A stretch of 64,000 nucleotides of DNA from Phoronis australis (GCA_002633005.1 NMRA01000538.1:1-64000); one strand, 5' to 3'; positions 24,139-39,081 are shown, counted from the stretch's first letter. Notes: generated from the letters alone by a model not told the origin. Numbers and translations are program-made.

Positions 24139-25679
24139 GCAAGTGTCCTAGATAAGCTACTGATTTAATGCGGTGACTGGAAAAGCATGTCTCTCTCACT
24201 TCCAATGGTTGTCTGATGTTAAAAAGTTTAACTGTTCAATGAATTAGGCCACTTACCAGTATAGAAGTGGTCTTTTGTACCTTACTCAGGTTAGAAGTGG
24301 TTTATGGGCTTGTGACATTAATTAGCATAAGCCTTGAATTATATTGCTTGAATCACTGAATGATCTGCTAAAGCACTGAATCACCTGTACTCACAAATAT
24401 CACATATTTTCCTGCGGATAATTTATGTTGGTGCAAATGTGTAATAATGCTTATCTTTCTTGCTGAAGCCTGAACTCAATCAGCTGAGCTTCATTTGTTG
24501 TTAATTTAATGCAAAAAGAACATGACTGTCTACTGAATGGAAATGAGACTGGTTCAGTTCCCGACTACTAGATGGGGTTGCTACCTGCTAGTTGGTACTT
24601 AGCTGGTTTATCTGTCTAGATGTTAACGGAATTTGTTGGACGGTGGTAATGCCCCTGGTAACAGAGTTGTTTTTTATACCTTTCAATGATACCAACATAT
24701 TTCTTCTCAAAATGTAAGTTTGCAATTTTGGACCATTGAAAGCTGATAAATGCCAGGGTATACACACTTTTTCCTCCATCAACTGCTAAGGGCTTTGTTT
24801 GTGAAACGCATTCTTTTCGTATGAACATAATTTTCTTACTGGCTATATTTCTTCTATGCTCTGATGTTCTTTTCCTACTAACACATGTTGTTTTATTGTG
24901 ATCCACTGTACTATTACCCTGTTATTATGTTGATATAGCACATTGTCCCAAGCACGCATCTATTGATCTGTTTGTAGTATATGAATTCCAGTGAAAGGAA
25001 GTATAGCTGGTGTAGTTGTGTAGGGCTTGGAATTTTCTTCTTTAAGAGGATTTCCTCTTTTTTGGTTTCGATTTCCTCGTATTTGATTTCCAATTTCCTT
25101 TTTCCTTTCTTTTTATCATTATTTTGACTTTGTTCATGCCAAAACGTTTATTTCACTTAAATTTTAAAACACAAACAACATAATTATTTCTATCACCCTA
25201 GCCTATTTATTTGTGGAACGATACATCACCTATATAATTTTCCTCTTGTTATGTCATTGATCATTCAAAGCCCTGGTTGTGTTCATGAAAAAACAACACT
25301 GTCAGTGAGTACGCCCATGCAACATATGATAGAGAAACATAAGCTCTTTAATTCCCATGACTTCTACAAATAGACAGCAACTTTTAAGCCTTGGTCACAT
25401 AGCAGGCAATGGTCAGCTTATCTTGCCTGCTAAATACTGCCCTGATTCCTTGCATGATCGGACATTTTTCCTGATCAGTTGTTAGAGTGTTTAGTGGTTT
25501 TTGATGCTGACACGTGGCCGGCACTACCAACATTTGGCTGGCTGCTGGAAGATACAACCATTTGTGTGCCACAAACTCATTGGGTCGGCATTAGAAGCAT
25601 CATGTGATTGGAGTATTAGTCATGCAGTCAAGATGATGGCAATGTGATTTCTGTTTCACTGGTAATGTTCAATCATGCG

Positions 25680-25890
25680 CAGAGGCGGATCGACAGGGGG
25701 TTCAGGAGGTTTAATCCCCCACCCCCCAAGACAGGATCAAAAATAAGAATTAAAACAAAAAGAAAAACGAAATCAGCTACAAAAACAAAAAAATCTAACA
25801 CTGAGGGGGGAAAACCTCTCCTGACCTCCCCCGCTCGGTGCTACGTACCTCGGATTCACACGAATCCTAAACCCCATAGATCTGCCACTG
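25680..25890. mobile_element. Short MITE (CAGtGGCGGATC..GATCtGCCACTG type)
   Basis: Imperfect 12-bp TIR CAGAGGCGGATC / GATCTGCCACTG; a similar right end occurs at about 56930; no clear TSD. Confidence 0.55.
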
Positions 25891-25949
25891 ATAATAGATA
25901 CTTTGTTTTACGTTTCTGGTCTTTGTTCATGATCAAAAGAGGTACTTGA

Positions 25950-26093
<144 letters not shown>

Positions 26094-26395
26094 CAGAAAG
26101 TAATATCTTTTTGGCTAGACTATTTGGAGCATCACGGGTTGTTTGTCCAAGTGATACCACGATGTCATACTCTCTTTCCAATCTGCAGGAATTATTACAT
26201 TCTGGGATGTAATTGCAGCATCATGTGTTCTCAAAAGACTGTTTGAAATGACTGCTCAACACTCATGGTCTCATTGTTTTGGAATATTCACATTGGACCA
26301 CAGAATAATTAAAACTCCTGGCTAATTCAATCAGTAGTTTTCCAAACTGAGACAGCTTTTGTGTAAATACAAATATTTTAGTGTTGATGTATTAC

Positions 26396-26401
26396 AATAA
26401 A
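26396..26401 (+). terminator. Probable polyadenylation signal of POLR2F
   Basis: AATAAA about 300 nt after the stop, followed by a GT/T-rich tract. Confidence 0.6.
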
Positions 26402-26849
26402 CTTGTTTTGTACACACTGCATGATCTTCAGTTTTTGCAGTTCTTACCGGGGTTGCATGCAATAGCTTGGAATGTTTGTGGTAACTGATAAATATTGCTA
26501 CTAGTAAATTGTCCTATAAAGGTTCAACATCTAATTCTTACAGACATATAACATTACTGGATGGGACACAAAAATGTTTCTCCACTATATGGTGTGTCAT
26601 GGTAAAATTGTCTTTAAACTTATAGAAGTGGAGTTTATGGCACTGAAAGTTCAAGACATTACAGACCATATTTTAGGGTTGTAAGTTGAGGAATGCTGGC
26701 TTACCGTTCATTTTCAGAAACCTCTTACTACTCCAAGGCTGGGTTACATGACGCAAATGATTGTAGAAGCTTTAACTTTGCTTTCTAATTCATACAGTAA
26801 AATCTTGCCAATTACAGACAAAACAACTAAAATTGGGGTTTCCCAATTG

Positions 26850-29800
26850 ATGACAATGGTTAGCTTAAACTTCATATCGTTAAATTGCAGGAGGTTAAAT
26901 CATGAATTGAAAAGGCAGCATTTGTTTTCTTTTTTGAGGAAGGAGGGGGTTGATATTGCCTTTTTACAAGATTCGTACAGTACAATAACTAACATTAAGT
27001 AATGGGGACATGAGTGGGGAAGTAGAATCTATGCTGCTCATGGGTCAGAGCACAGTAGGGTTGTTGCCATCATGTTTAACAACAACTTAAATGTTACAGT
27101 TATAGTTAACAGACGTACCGAAGATTCTGATTGTCGTTATTTATGCATTGACGCAGATGTGGATGGTCATAATTATATTTTCATAGACGTTTAATTTCCA
27201 AATGAAAATAGATCTCAATTAATTTTTTGGACAAGTTAAATAATACTTTCCAAAGATATGTGAATAACGATAATATTTTTTGTGCTGGTGATTTTAATTG
27301 CCCATTTGGAAAAATTGATAAACAAGCAGTCATTGACAAGGTTTTGCAGAGTCTTTCCATCTATTTGACGTTTGGAGATTTCAGAATCCAGGCAAAAACA
27401 ATATACATGGCATAATAGTTCCTACAGATTACAAAGCAGAATTGACTACTGGTTGGTTTCAAAGATCATCTGAATTGCTCCATTAAAAATGATTATAATT
27501 TTTCGGATCATTCGGTAGTCAAACTTCATTGTTCACTTAAAGACTCTGTACCGAGAGGGCCTGGATTATGGAAAATTAATAATAGTCTTTTCTAAGATGA
27601 AGAATATGTAACTAACTTAAAAATAATTATAAATACCTGTGTTGAAGAGTTTATCTAAGCAATAAACATACCAAATTGGAAATGGTTAAAATGAAAATAA
27701 GGGAATATATTATGAGAAACTCGAAAAGAAAAAAAGAAATTAGAAAATGCTGAGGAAGAGAAATTGATTGAAATTATCAACAACTTAACAGGAGAACTAA
27801 ACGATGGTAGAATTGATGATGGAATTGTACAGAATTTGGAAAGAGCCAAGTCCAATTTGCAACCTATACAAACTCATAGAGTGCGTGGGCAAATGTTAAG
27901 AAGTAAAGACCAGTTAATTGAGGAAGGGGAAAGTAGCCCAAAAGTTTTTGCCTCATGGAGAAAAGAAATTTTAAGAAAAAGTGTATAAGTATCCTTAAAA
28001 ATAAAGATGGACACTTGATAAGAGATCATGCTGAAATCAGGTCAGAATTGACTCATTATTACTCCTCTGTTTTCACAGATTGTCAAATGGAAACACCATC
28101 CACTATTATATACCAGATCTATTTAATATCGCCAGTGATGTACCACACAGTGATTTTGAAGAACTGGATGAACCTTTAAGAAAGGGTGAATTTTATGAAG
28201 TTTTAAAAACTTGTAAAAATAATAAGTCTTTAGGAAATGACGGGCTAACTTATGAATTTTATAAATGTTTCTGGCATGAAGTTAAAAACTCTTTACTTGA
28301 AGCTTTTGAATATAGTTTTTCAATGGGGGAATTATGTACGTCACAGAGACAAAGAGCAAAACGCTTCTACCCAAGTCAAAAGATGATGTCGAGCTCCAGT
28401 CCTTGGATAATTGGCGTCCAATATCTCTATTGAATACTGATTACAAAATACTTTAAAAAGTTCTTACAGCTCTTACAGCCCGTAAAATAATATCATGGGA
28501 AAACTGGTTCACCCATGTCAAACAGCTGTTAAAGGACGATAAAAAGGATACAATATTCGTATCATTCATGATATAATTTCTTATACAAACATTCCTGATG
28601 GTCAAGGACACATTTTATTTTTGGACTTTTGCAAGGCGTATGACACAATAAATGGAGACTTTATTTTTCAAGCTTTGAAGGCTTTTAATTTTAGACAGGG
28701 TTTTACACGATGGGTAAAAATAATCTATAACAAATCAACTGCTTGTGTTGTCAATAATGGTTTTACAACAGATTATTTTCGTTTAGAAAGGGGTATAAGA
28801 CAGGGTGATTCATTGTCGGGTCCATTATTTTGCCTAGCTATCGAAGTTATGGCCAATTATATACGAAAGTGTAATTTAATTAAAGGCATAAATGTTGAGA
28901 AAACTGAAGTTAAAATTCTCCAGTATACAGATGACACTACCTTGTTTCTTCATGACAAAAATTCTGGCATGAATTGTCTAAAATTTTTAGAACATTTTGG
29001 TTTACTCTCTGGTCTCCAGCTAAATATTAAGAAATGTGAAGGGTTTTGTTTAGGTCGAGATTTTGAACCACTTTATGGCTTCAAGTGGACTGGCAAACCA
29101 ATCAAGAGCCTGTGAATATTTTTAATCATAACAAAAAAGAAAATGATTTTTTAAATTCTGAACTCAAAATTAAGTCCTTTAAAAAGTCTCTTGATATCTG
29201 GAAAGTCGCAATATTTCATTGTTAGGAAGGATCAATGTAATTAAAACATTTGCTGTCTAAATTAATTTATGTGATGAGCAATTTAGGAATTGACAGCGAA
29301 CGCTGAGTTAAGATAAATACTATTATAAAAAATGTGTTTGCCAACCACGTAGAATTTAAAAAAATGTGGCTTTAAATACCCATGAAAATAGTGGTTTGTC
29401 AGTTCCTGATTTAAATATTATGTACAAGTCACTACTAGTTAAGTGGGTTGCGCGTTCCTTAGATGAAAACAATGAAGTTTTCAAAGTGTTTCCAGGGTAT
29501 GTTTTCAAAACATATGGAGGTATTTTGATCTTTAAATCAAATTATGATTGTAATTTGCTGTCTCTTGCAAATATTGATACCTTCTATCTTGACATCTTGA
29601 TTGCTTGGGAAGAAATTAGTGCTCATTTACATAAGGACATAACAATTGTAAACCAAAGTGTGGAATAACAAAAACATATTGATTAATATGAGGACTGTAT
29701 TCTTTAACAGTTTCTTTGAAGCTGGTATTACTTTTGTGAAGGATCTTTTGAATTTTGCAAATAAATTTCTGGCTGGGAGGTTTTGAAAAATAGATATACA

Positions 29801-30603
29801 TGTAAGCTTTCAAATTGGATTTATTATGCTGCTTTGAGACGTGCGATTAAGTTGAATGCTGATCTTTTGATTTCAAAGTACATACATCCCCAGTCAAGCC
29901 AGATTACTAATGTGTTTTCTAGAAATATTTTGCTTTCCAAAATAGTTTCGCCTCCTGATATAGAGTACAGTTTAACTTATATTTACTCTATACAACGAAT
30001 TAAACAAATTTATGTTCTTCCACGCAAACTCTTGTTACCTCCTTATGTTAAAACCTTTAAGTACTTCTATATTCATAGAAAAGTGTTTACAAAGCTTATT
30101 TTGAAAAAGATGAACTTAGTAAGTGATGACAAGTGTGCATCTTGTGGAACTGTTGAAACTTTTAACCATATGTTTGTGAAATGTGGTTCTGTGAAAACTT
30201 TGTGGTGTGAAATTCAGAAACTTTTAATTTACGTAACTGCACAACACGATTTAATCTTAGATAGAAATGTTATTTTGACAGCATATTTTGGATATAATTT
30301 TGAAGATATCAATACCATATTAACTATTTGTCAGTATTTCAGTCATAAATGTTCTAGAAACCAGATTATTCCTAGATATTTACAATTTCAATGTTTCTTG
30401 TATAATTATTGTAAAGTAAGGAATATACAACCCCGCAAAACTGCCTTTTGGGAAACTATCAATGCCTATTTATTTTAGACCAACCGTGGATTTCTATTAT
30501 TTAGATATGTGTGTGTGCGTGTGTGTTTGCCTGTGTTTCATTTGCAAAGATCTTATTGTTTGTAAATATTAGTGTATTTAGAAATAAAATGTATTTAAAA
30601 AAG
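26850..30603 (+). mobile_element. Tx1/L1-clade LINE, near-complete but disrupted ORF2 (APE endonuclease, RT, zf-RVT)
   Basis: SLNCRRLN..DIAFLQDSY, AGDFNCP, KSLGNDGLTYEFYK, LDFCKAYD, GIRQGDSLS, QYTDDTT, CASCGTVETFNHMFVKC; many stops and frameshifts; AATAAA and A tail at about 30583-30603. Confidence 0.93.
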
Positions 30604-33319
30604 ACTAAAAGTACGCGTTGATTCAACGCGTAGAAAGGTATTGACTCGCTTTTTGGAGCTTCTTAATACTTAACCCTTGATATGTGCCTGGCGGTAATGT
30701 TAACACATTTTGGATTTGAAAAGCAGCCAACAAAAGTGCGCTTTGGATAAGAGCATAACGAGGATCGTTTAAGAACCGAAAGTACGCGATGATTACTGAG
30801 CAAAACTTGATTAAGCAAAACTAAAGGTTGATTTAACACGTTTCTACGCACAGAAAGGTACTGGTTTAAGAACCCTTTGGCGCTTCAGAGCTGCCAGCCT
30901 AGGTCGTCTTCGCAGCAAAATAGATTAACGTGTAAAACCCGGCCGCGTTACGAACTGACAGGCTTGGAATTCCATAACTATCGCGTCTTACGGCTGAACA
31001 GAGCAGGATGTCTGAAAAGCCAATTATTTTGCTCTATGATTTGTGACTTTTCAACCGAAGGCAAGTTTGAAACTAGAATTAAAAAACTGGGAAAACGGAT
31101 ACCGGAGTCTGAAGAGTGAAGAAAACGCCATTCAGGTAAGTCAAAACGTTGAATGCCCATTCACACAACAACGCGTGTTGTCACGATAACCGCTATCAGC
31201 ACGACAGCCTATTTATTGTTGGCCCCTGGTGACTGGGTTCAAAGTTGCTGGACCTGTGTTTGGCGAATAGAACGGTTAAAATTCAACTTAAACCGAACTT
31301 TTTTATGTTCATACATCCAAACGAAATGTGATCTTTAATCCATGCACAGAGTATTGAAAAAAGAAGGCGAAGGATTCCACGCATTGATGATATCTGCCCT
31401 GTTCTACGTAATTGGGGGCATATTATGTATATTGCCCGAAATTAAAAACGTTACGCCCGTAGGTGGATTTAGGGTGGTCGCGACTAAGAAAATCATTTCA
31501 AAGTTTGCACAAACACTTTGCCTTGGATAATTGCAGTTGGTGCGGTCCAGCTGTGAGTACAGCAGGGAAGAGTTCAGTGGTTGTCTCGTGGCGAGAAAAA
31601 ATAGTCAAACTCACGTTCGCATTTAAAATACACGGTAATATCGTGTAATCTCGCGACGTCTAGCTTGCTTTTCTAGTGAGGTTCTAGCGTTCTTGAACTC
31701 TACATAGGTTGACAAAAATCAGGTATTTGGGAAAAGAATGATATCGACTTCAACGAATTTCAACCTGCTGCAAAATTCGTTGACAATTATAACTTTTTGG
31801 AACTCATTGTTTTGGTATTTCAGTGCTACGAGTTAACGTGCGTGGTTAGAGGATTGGACCTGAGTTTGGGGAATAACACACCTAAAATTCTAATTTAACC
31901 TAATTCTTCATAGTATGTTACATCGTAACGAATTGTGATTTTTGTTGTAGGTACAAAAATACCGAAAACCGCGTGTCCTTGCTATCTATAACAGTAACCG
32001 GCGGTGGGCATGGCCGTACCCGGAAACACTGATCCGCGATTAGTTAGAAAATGCAAGGACGCGCAGCTTTGGAGCGGATTCCTTGTGCCGGATGTAAGAT
32101 CACGATCCGTGTCGATGTATTACAATTGGCAGAAATATTTTATGAATTAGGACGCAAAGTTTATTTTCATAGACGCCTAAACATTCAACTCAGACGGCAA
32201 TGAACTCCGCTTGACATGATGAGACATCTCCATCATCAACATATGTTGAAGTGCAATATTTTCTTTTCAATAAGAAGTATTACGGCGATTCTAAAGTGCA
32301 CGTGGACAGTAGTCGTATCGTGGGCATCCGATCATAGAAACCTGGTGGGAGTCCAAACAATTTTGAGAATTTAGGCGCGATAACGTGACAGTCTGTTGCA
32401 TTCTGGTGGTATTCCACTGACGGTTCTGGGATTCTGTGTGCAGGGGATGATAACCGAAACTTTCGATGTAAATTATCCTCATAAGCCCGGTCGTGTCCGA
32501 AGGAGGAAGGTGGCTGCGGGTCTCGATAATGCTCCCCCCCCCCTAAATCCGGGCACGTGCATGTATGGTTTTAGAAAATTCGAAGAAACACGTTTGCCAC
32601 CTTCAATACTGTCTTTGCAGCCCTTGAAATGTGACGGTAAACCTTACAGACAACCCAAAATACTTGGGTCTCAGTATGATGCACCCAACCAGCGTCGTTA
32701 AAATGCAGTTTGTTTCCTCTGGGAAATTTGAATGAAACATACCTTTCTACTATATTTCATTAATATTTCATGCTGAGCATTTCCCACTGGCGTCTCAATG
32801 GGATGTTACCTTGTTGTCACGGATGAAATCAATCAATATTTGATGATGAAAATTGGTCATCAATTTGCACAGATTTCGCAAAATTCTATGTCAGTTAACT
32901 TTGGTTGGAAACCTTTTCATAGTAATCGCCGATTTACAGTATACTCACAAAAACAGATTTACAGTTTCATAGGTCTCATAATTTCAAGAAATCAACCCTT
33001 TATATAAAATAGCCCTCAAAATGCGGCTGTTAAAGGGTCGTGTTTTCATGACAAACACCCCTAAAATCTTTGTTTTTTTGGTTTACAGACTGTTGGTGGA
33101 AGTCTGTCCATGCGATTAAAACGTCCACACTAATTTTTGTGAGAGCAACGTCTAGTACAGAGTACTCAACTTTGTCCTGTAAGGAAATTTCCAGAAAAAA
33201 CCCAAAATTCACGATTTTTGAAATAAATCCGAAGGAAAAACTCAGTGGTTACCACAGAGTTTCTAATTACTCTCCCACTTATGATAAATGCACGCATGCG
33301 CTCACAGAAATGTAGTTGC

Positions 33320-33618
33320 TTGAGGTCAAAGGTTGCAACTTCTACATAAAGGGAAATGTGCTACGTCTATGTCTTGCCATACCGAACAAGGATACATGCT
33401 TTGTCTTGTTGAAGAAAAATCGACGAAGAGGCGAGCAGTTGACAGATCGTTTTTTTTTTTAATTTGAGACTAAAAGAAAATGCTTTGATAACAACAGAAA
33501 TTAAAAATCGTCACGATCAAACCCTAAAAATACCTGGTGAGCAGATTGAATTGTTTCTTTGGCGAAGAACCACTTTCATTTTTGCAATTTAGTCTGTTTA
33601 TCGCGTTCCATACCTCTT
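33320..33618 (-). mobile_element. Partial copy of the TTAA-type MITE at 62801-63566
   Basis: Reverse complement aligns with 62800-63100 (e.g. CGTCTATGTCTTGCCATACC, GAAAATGCTTTGATA, TTTAGTCTGTTT). Confidence 0.65.
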
Positions 33619-35423
33619 TACTACCTCTTGAAAGGAGTCCAGGTTTGGAAGTGTTGACCAATCCCTCCCCCACCAAAAAAAATCCCACTTTGACGCTTTT
33701 GTTCCTGCCAATAGCGTGAATGGTCTCAGTGGGGAAGCCGACCATTGGAAATGGTTTGTGTGATTCAGTAACATTGTTTATAATTTGCGTTTCAGGTTAT
33801 GACTACAGAAAGAGGAAAATTCGCAGAAGTGTTTCCTCGAGAACAAACATGTAAAAACAAAAATGTAGAAGATCTACAATTTTTTAAGTGAAATCTTCCG
33901 CTGAGTGGGGATGAACAAATCAGTTCAACTTCGCGCCCCCTTCCTATCCACCTCCCCTCCCCCCTATGATCCGGATGTACCCAATTTTGTTCCGTACCCT
34001 CACGCATAACACAGATGGGGTCAATCCCCGGAGAGGCTGCCATCAGAACAAATTTTCAACAAAATTTTACGGAGAGTGAACATGAAACCTTAGTGCCAGC
34101 CCACATGCATGGTTGGGTGTTGGACTGTCTGCCAATTGCAGGTGTGGAAATACGAGTTGGATGAACTAGAGTAACCGCTGGTCAGCTCAAATGATTCACT
34201 TGAAACAAATAGCTCAGCTCGTACCTTTCCGTCTACTCTGGCCCTAAGGGCAAGATTTTCTTTATTATGGTCCAGTTTGAGGAAAAATCTTTATTAAGGT
34301 ATAAATTTTGAAAGGTGAGATTCCGGGGTGCCTGGTAGGCTGCCTTTGGGGCTGTTTCGAAACCCTTTTCAAAACACGGGTACCACAGTCTCTTGTGGCT
34401 GGGGACCAATGATACATCGGGTGTCCCAACAATGTACTTAGCTTTAGTACAACGCCGGGAGTACAAATTCATTTCTGTGGATCAGATTCCGCGCCCGTGG
34501 CTACTGCACGGCTCCATCTTGTTTTGAAAGTGTGTACGTGATCTATCACGTGCTATGAATGCGCGGGAATGGTAAACAAACAACACAGTTTTGGCGAATG
34601 AAAATTTATTATTTATCTGTTCATTTTATTTATCGTACACGATACATAAACATGTAAATCTCTAACCAACAAATTCATTGTTTGTCAAAATAGAATATTA
34701 CGGTATAAAGAATTTCCGAATGTATGCTCGCAGATTCTGGATAAGCAACTGGGGGAACATGAGAGGCGAGACGCTCCACAGGGTGTGAGGGTCCAGCCAA
34801 GAATTTTCCAAATTTATTCGTGTGTTTTGATTCATTCTAGAGGTACCTATTACGGTCAGTCTTTTCGACATGTGCAAGTTCCTTACAAACATCTTTTAGT
34901 AAGGATCTTCAAAAGAAATATCATTTTTATGATACTAAGCGAAAAAGTATTGAATTTCCCATTTTATCGCTATGAAACGATCGAAAATATTTCTTTTCTG
35001 TTTTCAAAAATAGTAGTTTTCGACTAAAATTATATCCTTTCGATAGCGGTCTATCCTATTGCGTTTTTCAATTCGATCATATTTAGTTGTCAGGGCCGAC
35101 TGCTGTGCTATGCACGAATTTGCTCATGTAAATTTGGAACCTTATCTCCTTCCCGTCGTGAATAGTTGACAGCACTGGACTAAGGATAAATCAAGCACTA
35201 GTAGTTGACAAATGTTCGCTTGCATTTTCTCTCTTCTCCATGCTCCGCGGTTCTTCTTTTCTCGACAGCTCCCGGACCTACGCCTTTGGCGGTTTTCACG
35301 GTTTAGCCCTGCCGCCTGAAAATTATTGGAGGGCACATACTTCCACCAACCCCCCNCCCCCCCCCCCCCGCCGCTACTTACAACGCTATAGCTCTACTAT
35401 TCACAAACATTTGAGACGAGTTA

Positions 35424-35430
35424 TATAAAA
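35424..35430 (+). promoter_or_regulatory. Candidate TATA box of the PAN-FReD gene
   Basis: TATAAAA about 110 nt upstream of the ATG at 35534. Confidence 0.45.
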
Positions 35431-35533
35431 TGCATTGATTGGTCAGCGCAAGCAATCTGACAAAAGGACCACTAGGCAGATACAACGGAAAATTTCACCT
35501 ACATCTTATCGCCTTTGACTGAAAACCCCTATA

Positions 35534-35876
35534 ATGATGATGTTGCCCGTTCAATCGTCTCAGTTTCAAGTTGTCGTTTTCGTGGCTGCCGTCCTGTTTT
35601 TTGATCAAGTTGTGGGCAAAGAAGATAGTGTGCATTCCATATATAGCAAGCGAGCTGAGAACACACGCGCGGATGGCTCAAATACCGTCGTAGTTCCTTA
35701 CCCTGTCATTTGCGTGTTCAAGTGTGCTGCGGAATGTTCTCGCGATGAATCGTGCAATGCCTTTGCTTATAACCAATGTGAGAAACTGTGTCACAAATAC
35801 GGTATTAACGACAGTTTGTCAGAAACTTTGGTGACTGCCAATGGCTGGGCGTACTACAAACAAGACTTCATCCCAG
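35534..35876 (+). CDS. PAN/Apple-fibrinogen protein exon 1 (signal peptide plus PAN/Apple-like domain)
   Basis: Hydrophobic leader VVVFVAAVLFFDQVVG; CAAECSRDESCNAFAYNQCEKLC..GWAYY; donor CAG|gtaaat at 35877, phase 1, compatible with FBG exon 2. Linkage across 15.4 kb is inferred. Confidence 0.75.
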
Positions 35877-36573
35877 GTAAATACACAAAACGCAGTACTG
35901 AGAGTGGCGTAGATGAAATAATATCTCACAAGACATTATTCCAAGCTGAATAATGTCGAGTGGGATATTATTTCGTCTACGCCACTCAAGGTACGTTTTG
36001 TATTTATCCCATACGCTTCGAACTCTTAGTTTCTTTTATTTTTCGGCAAATTTTGAAAATATTTCACCCAGACTGTTCACGTAGCGGATCACAACCTAAA
36101 GTGTGTGTACTTGCGCGTTACGTTCCAAATAATCCCTTCTTCTTACAGAAAACATTATGAAACGTAAAGGTTACTACTTGAGAATAAATAACAAAGATGA
36201 AAACAACGGCAAGTGTGCATTGAACTTGTAACATTTTCTGAAAATAATAATCAACAACAAAATTTAAGACAGAAGTGTTATATATAATTGCATGTTGAGT
36301 GTTATTTATACCGCTACAACTTTATTATTTAAACTATTTTGGGAAAATTTGATGATCGAGCCGGCTGACGACGTTGTATCGACATTGACCTAGCTTTAGA
36401 GCTTTCAATGTCAGAAGGCACTGTTAAAATAGTTCCGGGAATGCAATACGGAAAACAAGACCACATGGCCGTATTTCATTCAACTTATTCATCGCGCATG
36501 GGATGAAGATTTCTCCCACTTGTACTATAGAAGAAAGGCCATATTTGGCACCAAAAACGATTCTCAAGGTCTA

Positions 36574-36575
<2 letters not shown>

Positions 36576-36662
<87 letters not shown>

Positions 36663-36663
36663 G
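36576..36663. repeat. (AT)n plus (GTATAT)n microsatellite
   Basis: Directly visible. Confidence 0.95.
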
Positions 36664-37279
36664 CATATGTGGTACGGAAAATGACACCTTAATATTGTAT
36701 CGAATGAGGCGTGGTTTTCAACATCACGTCATTGCACAAAAGGTGTCTTTTTGAAGGCTAACTTCATCACTGACTTTCAATACACCTTATTTCCACTTAA
36801 GAGCGTGCACACTGAGCATGCTGACCACTGGTTATCACGTAACGTTTTTTGCGTATGGCAGGTCAGCCATTTTGCTTTGTAGAGCGGAGTGTCATGGACC
36901 GTGCAAGCCGGTGTGCCAAAAGGCGCTGACTTCGAAATCGTTAGGTCGATTTTGATTAAATGGGCATTGAAATGCTCTTACTCTTTCCAGTGATATCACT
37001 TGCGTATATTTTTAAAGTAACATGGAAATAGTCTTTTGAATTAAGGACTTAAAGCCCCTCTCTCCTTCCCTCCCTTTCTCTCTATGACTATATGATATAG
37101 TATAACACTTTTGAGTTCTGAAAAGCTACATACTGACCTCAGTGAAAGTCAGTAATAGCGGAGTTGCAACGCCGCCATATTGGAAATGGGTCAGAATGTT
37201 GCATTGTGGTTAAGCCGGTAAACAAGTACGTCCGCAAGCGTGGGGGCGAACCGGTCACAGGGAGGTTATACGTGTTGTG

Positions 37280-37585
37280 GGCCTGGCTGCTGTAATACCA
37301 GTTAGCTAAATGAAGAATATAGTTACTACCTGTTTCCCAAGGATCAAGAACTGCGTTAAACATCGGTCAGACATACCGGTAGAGCTGGTAGCAAAGGCCG
37401 AATTAGTGAATTCTTTCCGACTTCGTATCATTAAAGTATGCAGCGCTCACTTTGAGGGCGGCAAGAAAACGTATCTTGGAAACTGCCCAACAATATTTCC
37501 CTTGAAAGAAACAGTAACAAATACTCCACGGCGGATGGTAGTGAAAAAAACTTGTTTACGCTTGACCAGAACCAAGCCAACATGA
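37280..37585 (+). mobile_element. THAP-domain remnant of a DNA transposon (Harbinger/ISL2EU-like)
   Basis: TTCFPRIK..KVCSAHFEGGKKTYLGNCPTIFP contains the THAP VCS.HF and PTIF motifs; frameshifted, ends not defined. Confidence 0.6.
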
Positions 37586-38558
37586 GCAATTTTGAGGATA
37601 AGGCCTCTGCACAATCACCTGTTCTGGGTCGACTCACTTAAAGGAGAATGCCACCCGATTTAATTAGTCATTTTTACCGTCTTAATCGGTCTATATCTAC
37701 ATTGCTTCTTCGACCTCACCTTGCCGAGAGGTGTCGCGTTAACAAGTGAGGAAGATGAGAAACGACGCAGCGACGTCAGTGGTTCGTCTGTAGAGTGAAT
37801 GCCGCTATATTGCGGTGCATCGTTCCCGCTTGTCCGAACTATTAAGCTTCGAAGAAAGCGGGTATATCGTTTTTTCGACTTCCTCGAGAGCTCGAAATGC
37901 TTAGGAAGTGGTTCGCTGTAGTGAAAAATGAAAGGTACGATATTAATAGCAAATATGAGGCCGTGAAACATCTCCGTGCCTGTGGCCGGCATTTCGTCGA
38001 CAGTAATTTTCCTGACGAATTCCGGCTTACCAAAGAACTATCCATACGTTCCGTTGCCTGTGCATGTTCACGGCGCCCCTCTAGTATTTCTTGGTCAGTG
38101 TATTCCGGTTCGAACTGATAGCCTTTGAAATCTAACGATCCGACCCGTGAAGTCTTCGTCTGATGAGTCTCGACTAAATCGGGATTGGCGCCGGACGAGT
38201 TGCCATGTAGACGTTTATTTTCTGCGTTCTGTTTCAAAATGAATTATTCTCATCCTAACCAATACTTATATAAAACTGAAACAAAAATACCAGTCTGTCT
38301 CATTAGATACAATTTGTTATGCTTTTGCAGTATTCGTGAGTGCAAATGTTGAGAAGCCAGCAATGAATAAACCACTGCGCTGCCGGCAATAAAGGTAATT
38401 GACGGGGCCCCGAGGCTGTGTGAGCGCATGCTAATTCAGTGTTTACTGACAGAAACTGTTGTGAAACAATTACTAGATTTCGTATGCTATGGTCAAATGT
38501 TAGGGGAATCTTTATTTAGAAATAAAAATACATTATTCAAATCATTGTTACTATACAA

Positions 38559-38700
38559 CATGGGCGGTGCAGCACTGAAAAAAGTTGGGGCTAAAGCCTG
38601 CTCAGCCCCCCTGTGGTGCACCGCCTATAGACCATGTGCGGCGTAGCACTGAAAAAGTGGGGGCTATAGCCCCCCAGCCCCCTATGGTGCTCCGCCAATG
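38559..38700. mobile_element. CATG-ended MITE, dimeric form, 5-bp TSD TACAA
   Basis: TACAA at 38554-38558 and 38701-38705; empty site in B copy 1 (about 15005); reverse complement of the 8988-9139 dimer. Confidence 0.85.
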
Positions 38701-39081
38701 TACAACCTTTGCCCTGACGGTCTGTGGAAGGGGAACCTGATTTCGCGGCACCCGACAAGTAAATAGATTTTTAGTTTCGTGGCTAATTCATATGAATAAT
38801 TACGTGCACATTATTTCTTTGGCTCACTATTATAGTCTTTTCGTGGCTGGAGGTTTAGTCTCCAACTAAAGTTGGTTTATGTTCGTGCCAGTCCCGGCGG
38901 CCGCGACGGGCCTGATCGGGTTCCGAGCCACTGGCCGGGATAGTCAGTCCGGTCGCGACGGGCCTGATTGTGTTTCGAGCCACTGGCCGGGATAACAAGC
39001 GTTTTTGTGTTTAGAACTCAAAAATCACAAGTATAAACAACACAGATCTAGGTTCTCCTGTCTGTATTTCACGGAAGAATA

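Noticed and set aside
35487-35498. NF-kB-like site GGAAAATTTCAC near the FReD start
   Set aside because: Imperfect match, expected by chance in AT-rich DNA.
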